The translations under genes were made by a program, and so were the position numbers. A stretch of 8,053 nt of DNA from Octopus sinensis (taxonomy: Eukaryota): NCBI RefSeq assembly GCF_006345805.1, contig NW_021827025.1, positions 1-8,053 of the forward strand, read 5' to 3'. The notes below the pieces were generated by a model, which made no database searches, had not been told where the DNA came from, and saw only the letters and a list, made by a program, of their open reading frames with translations. Within the stretch, counting starts at the first letter, position 1, and each line of letters begins with the position of its first letter. Below, piece after piece: positions 5,371 through 8,053 of this stretch.

Positions 5371-7920
5371 GGAGTGGCTGTGTGGTAAGTAGCTTGCTAA
5401 CGAACTACATGGTTCCGGGTTCAGTCCCACTGCGTGGCATCTTGGGCAAGTGTCTTCTGCTATAGCACCGGGCCGACCAATGCCTTGTGAGTGGATTTGG
5501 TAGACGGAAACTGAAAGAAGCCTGTCGTGTATATGTATATAGGAGTGGCTGTGTGGTAAGTAGCTGCTAACGAACTACATGGTTCCGGGTTCAGTCCCAC
5601 TGCGTGGCATCTTGGACAAGTGTCTTCTGCTATAGCACCGGGCCGACCAATGCCTTGTGAGTGGATTGGTAGACGGAAACTGAAAGAAGCCTGTCGTGTA
5701 TATGTATATAGGAGTGGCTGTGTGGTAAGTAGCTTGCTAACGAACTACATGGTTCCGGGTTCAGTCCCACTGCGTGGCATCTTGGGCAAGTGTCTTCTGC
5801 TATAGCACCGGGCCGACCAATGCCTTGTGAGTGGATTTGGTAGACGGAAACTGAAAGAGCCTGTCGTGCATATGTATATAGGAGTGGCTGTGTGGTAAGT
5901 AGCTTGCTAACGAACTACATGGTTCCGGGTTCAGTCCCACTGCGTGGCATCTTGGACAAGTGTCTTCTGCTATAGCACCGGGCCGACCAATGCCTTGTGA
6001 GTGGATTTGGTAGACGGAAACTGAAAGAAGCCTGTCGTGTATATGTATATAGGAGTGGCTGTGTGGTAAGTAGCTTGCTAACGAACTACATGGTTCCGGG
6101 TTCAGTCCCACTGCGTGGCATCTTGGGCAAGTGTCTTCTGCTATAGCACCGGGCCGACCAATGCCTTGTGAGTGGATTTGGTAGACGGAAACTGAAAGAA
6201 GCCTGTCGTGTATATGTATATAGGAGTGGCTGTGTGGTAAGTAGCTTGCTAACGAACTACATGGTTCCGGGTTCAGTCCCACTGCGTGGCATCTTGGGCA
6301 AGTGTCTTCTGCTATAGCACCGGGCCGACCAATGCCTTGTGAGTGGATTTGGTAGACGGAAACTGAAAGAAGCCTGTCGTGTATATGTATATAGGAGTGG
6401 CTGTGTGGTAAGTAGCTTGCTAACGAACTACATGGTTCCGGTTCAGTCCCACTGCGTGGCATCTGGGCAAGTGTCTTCTGCTATAGCACCGGGCCGACCA
6501 ATGCCTTGTGAGTGGATTTGGTAGACGGAAACTGAAAGAAGCCTGTCGTGTATATGTATATAGGAGTGGCTGTGTGGTAAGTAGCTTGCTAACGAACTAC
6601 ATGGTTCCGGGTTCAGTCCCACTGCTTGGCATCTTGGGCAAGTGTCTTCTGCTATAGCACCGGCCGACCAATGCCTTGTGAGTGGATTGGTAGACGGAAA
6701 CTGAAAGAAGCCTGTCGTGTATATGTATATAGGAGTGGCTGTGTGGTAAGTAGCTTGCTAACGAACTACATGGTTCCGGGTTCAGTCCCACTGCGTGCAT
6801 CTTGGGCAAGTGTCTTCTGCTATAGCACCGGGCCGACCAATGCCTTGTGAGTGGATTTGGTAGACGGAAACTGAAAGAAGCCTGTCGTGTATATGTATAT
6901 ATTAGGAGGCTGTGTGGTAAGTAGCTTGCTAACGAACTACATGGTTCCGGGTTCAGTCCCACTGCGTGGCATCTTGGGCAAGTGTCTTCTGCTATAGCCC
7001 CGGGCCGACCAATGCCTGTGAGTGGATTTGGTAGACGGAAACTGAAAGAAGCCTGTCGTGTGTATATGTATATAGGAGTGGCTGTGTGGTAAGTAGCTTG
7101 CTAACGAACTACATGTTTCCGGGTTCAGTCCCACTGCGTGGCATCTTGGGCAAGTGCCTTCTGCTATAGCACCGGGCCGACCAAAGCCTTGTGAGTGGAT
7201 TTGGTAGACGGAAACTGAAAGAAGCCTGTCGTGTATATTATATAGGAGTGGCTGTGTGTAAGTAGCTTGCTACGAACTACATGGTTCCGGGTTCAGTCCC
7301 ACTGCTTGGCATCTTGGGCAAGTGTCTTCTGCTATAGCACCGGGCCGACCAATGCCTTGTGAGTGGATTTGGTAGACGGAAACTGAAAGAAGCCTGTCGT
7401 GTATATGTATATAGGAGTGGCTGTGTGGTAAGTAGCTTGCTAACGAACTACATGGTTCCGGGTTCAGTCCCACTGCGTGGCATCTTGGGCAAGTGTCTTC
7501 TGCTATAGCACCGGGCCGACCAATGCCTTGTGAGTGGATTTGGTAGACGGAAACTGAAAGAAGCCTGTCGTGTATATGTATATAGGAGTTGCTGTGTGGT
7601 AAGTAGCTTGCTAACGAACTACATGGTTCCGGGTTCAGTCCCACTGCGTGGCATCTTGGGCAAGTGTCTTCTGCTATAGCACCGGGCCGACCAATGCCTT
7701 GTGAGTGATTTGGTAGACGGAAACTGAAAGAAGCCTGTCGTGTATATGTATATAGGAGTGGCTGTGTGGTAAGTAGCTTGCTACGAACTACATGGTTCCG
7801 GGTTCAGTCCCACTGCGTGGCATCTTGGGCAAGTGTCTTCTGCTATAGCCCCGGGCCGACCAATGCCTTGTGAGTGGATTTGGTAGACGGAACTGAAAAA
7901 AGCCTGTCGTGTATATGTAT
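5371..7920 (+). repeat. SINE-derived tandem array, 15 units of ~171 bp
   Basis: Unit starts (GGAG) at 5371, 5542, 5711, 5881, 6052, 6223, 6394, 6563, 6732, 6905, 7075, 7245, 7414, 7585 and 7755. Units differ by 0-4 changes, mostly 1-nt deletions. Confidence 0.97.
5375..5428 (+). promoter_or_regulatory. Internal RNA Pol III (type 2) promoter of the first unit, repeated in each unit
   Basis: A-box-like TGGCTGTGTGG (5375-5385; consensus TGGCNNAGTGG) and B-box-like GGTTCAGTCCC (5418-5428; consensus GGTTCGANNCC), with tRNA-like spacing. Confidence 0.65.
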
Positions 7921-8053
7921 GTATATATATGTAATGTGTGTGTTTGTGTTTGCCCCCCACATCGCTTGACAACCGATGCTGGTTTATTTACGTCCCCGTC
8001 ACTTAGCGGTTCGGCAAAAGAGACCGATAGAATAAGTAATGGGCTTTCAAAGA

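Larger units (their letters stand above)
5365..8053 (+). mobile_element. SINE family A copy with a 15x tandemly amplified 5' half; 3' body truncated by the window end
   Basis: A single GGCGCA 5' terminus at 5365, then 15 head units, then one 3' body at about 7921-8053 (CCCCCCACATCGCTTGACAACCGATGCTGG...GACCGATAGAATAAGT) matching the reverse complement of about 4805-4925. Confidence 0.93.

Noticed and set aside
5505-5525. GGAAACTGAAAGAAGCC in the array unit as a hammerhead core (retrozyme-type array)
   Set aside because: CUGAAAGA does not fit CUGANGA, and there is no stem II followed by GAAA on either strand of the unit.
5371-7920. CRISPR array or tandem tRNA/5S gene cluster
   Set aside because: The units are contiguous with no unique spacers. 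Each is a SINE head without a complete cloverleaf or terminator, and it has no 5S similarity.
5620-7972. ORFs in the array as genuine genes
   Set aside because: They are translations of SINE sequence repeated every 57 codons and broken by indels. They are kept only as a curiosity in the findings.

Overview
AT-rich, microsatellite-rich eukaryotic non-coding DNA. The SINE families present match my recollection of octopus/cephalopod repeats; this is inferred and was not checked against a database. No confident protein-coding gene is present, and the long ORFs in the track come from (TATG)n/(TG)n microsatellites or from a 171-bp tandem unit. The window holds four pieces of one tRNA-derived CORE-like SINE (family A): 1-168 (-), 3363-3490 (+), a full-length copy at 4712-5130 (-) with a 28-bp target-site duplication, and 5365-8053 (+). 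In this last copy the 5' head alone has been amplified head-to-tail 15 times (about 2.55 kb) in front of a single 3' body. Also present are a second tRNA-derived SINE (622-952), two inverted ~200-bp repeats each carrying a degenerate minimal type-I hammerhead-ribozyme-like motif of the kind known from Penelope-like elements and retrozymes, one hAT-like transposon end, and six same-orientation copies of an unexplained ~40-bp hairpin element (consensus about ATGGATTTGCCATTTA-GCAAAGCCGA-TAAATGGCAAATCCAT), mostly next to (TA)n tracts. The most notable items are the SINE-head satellite, the hairpin family and the hammerhead-like repeats.
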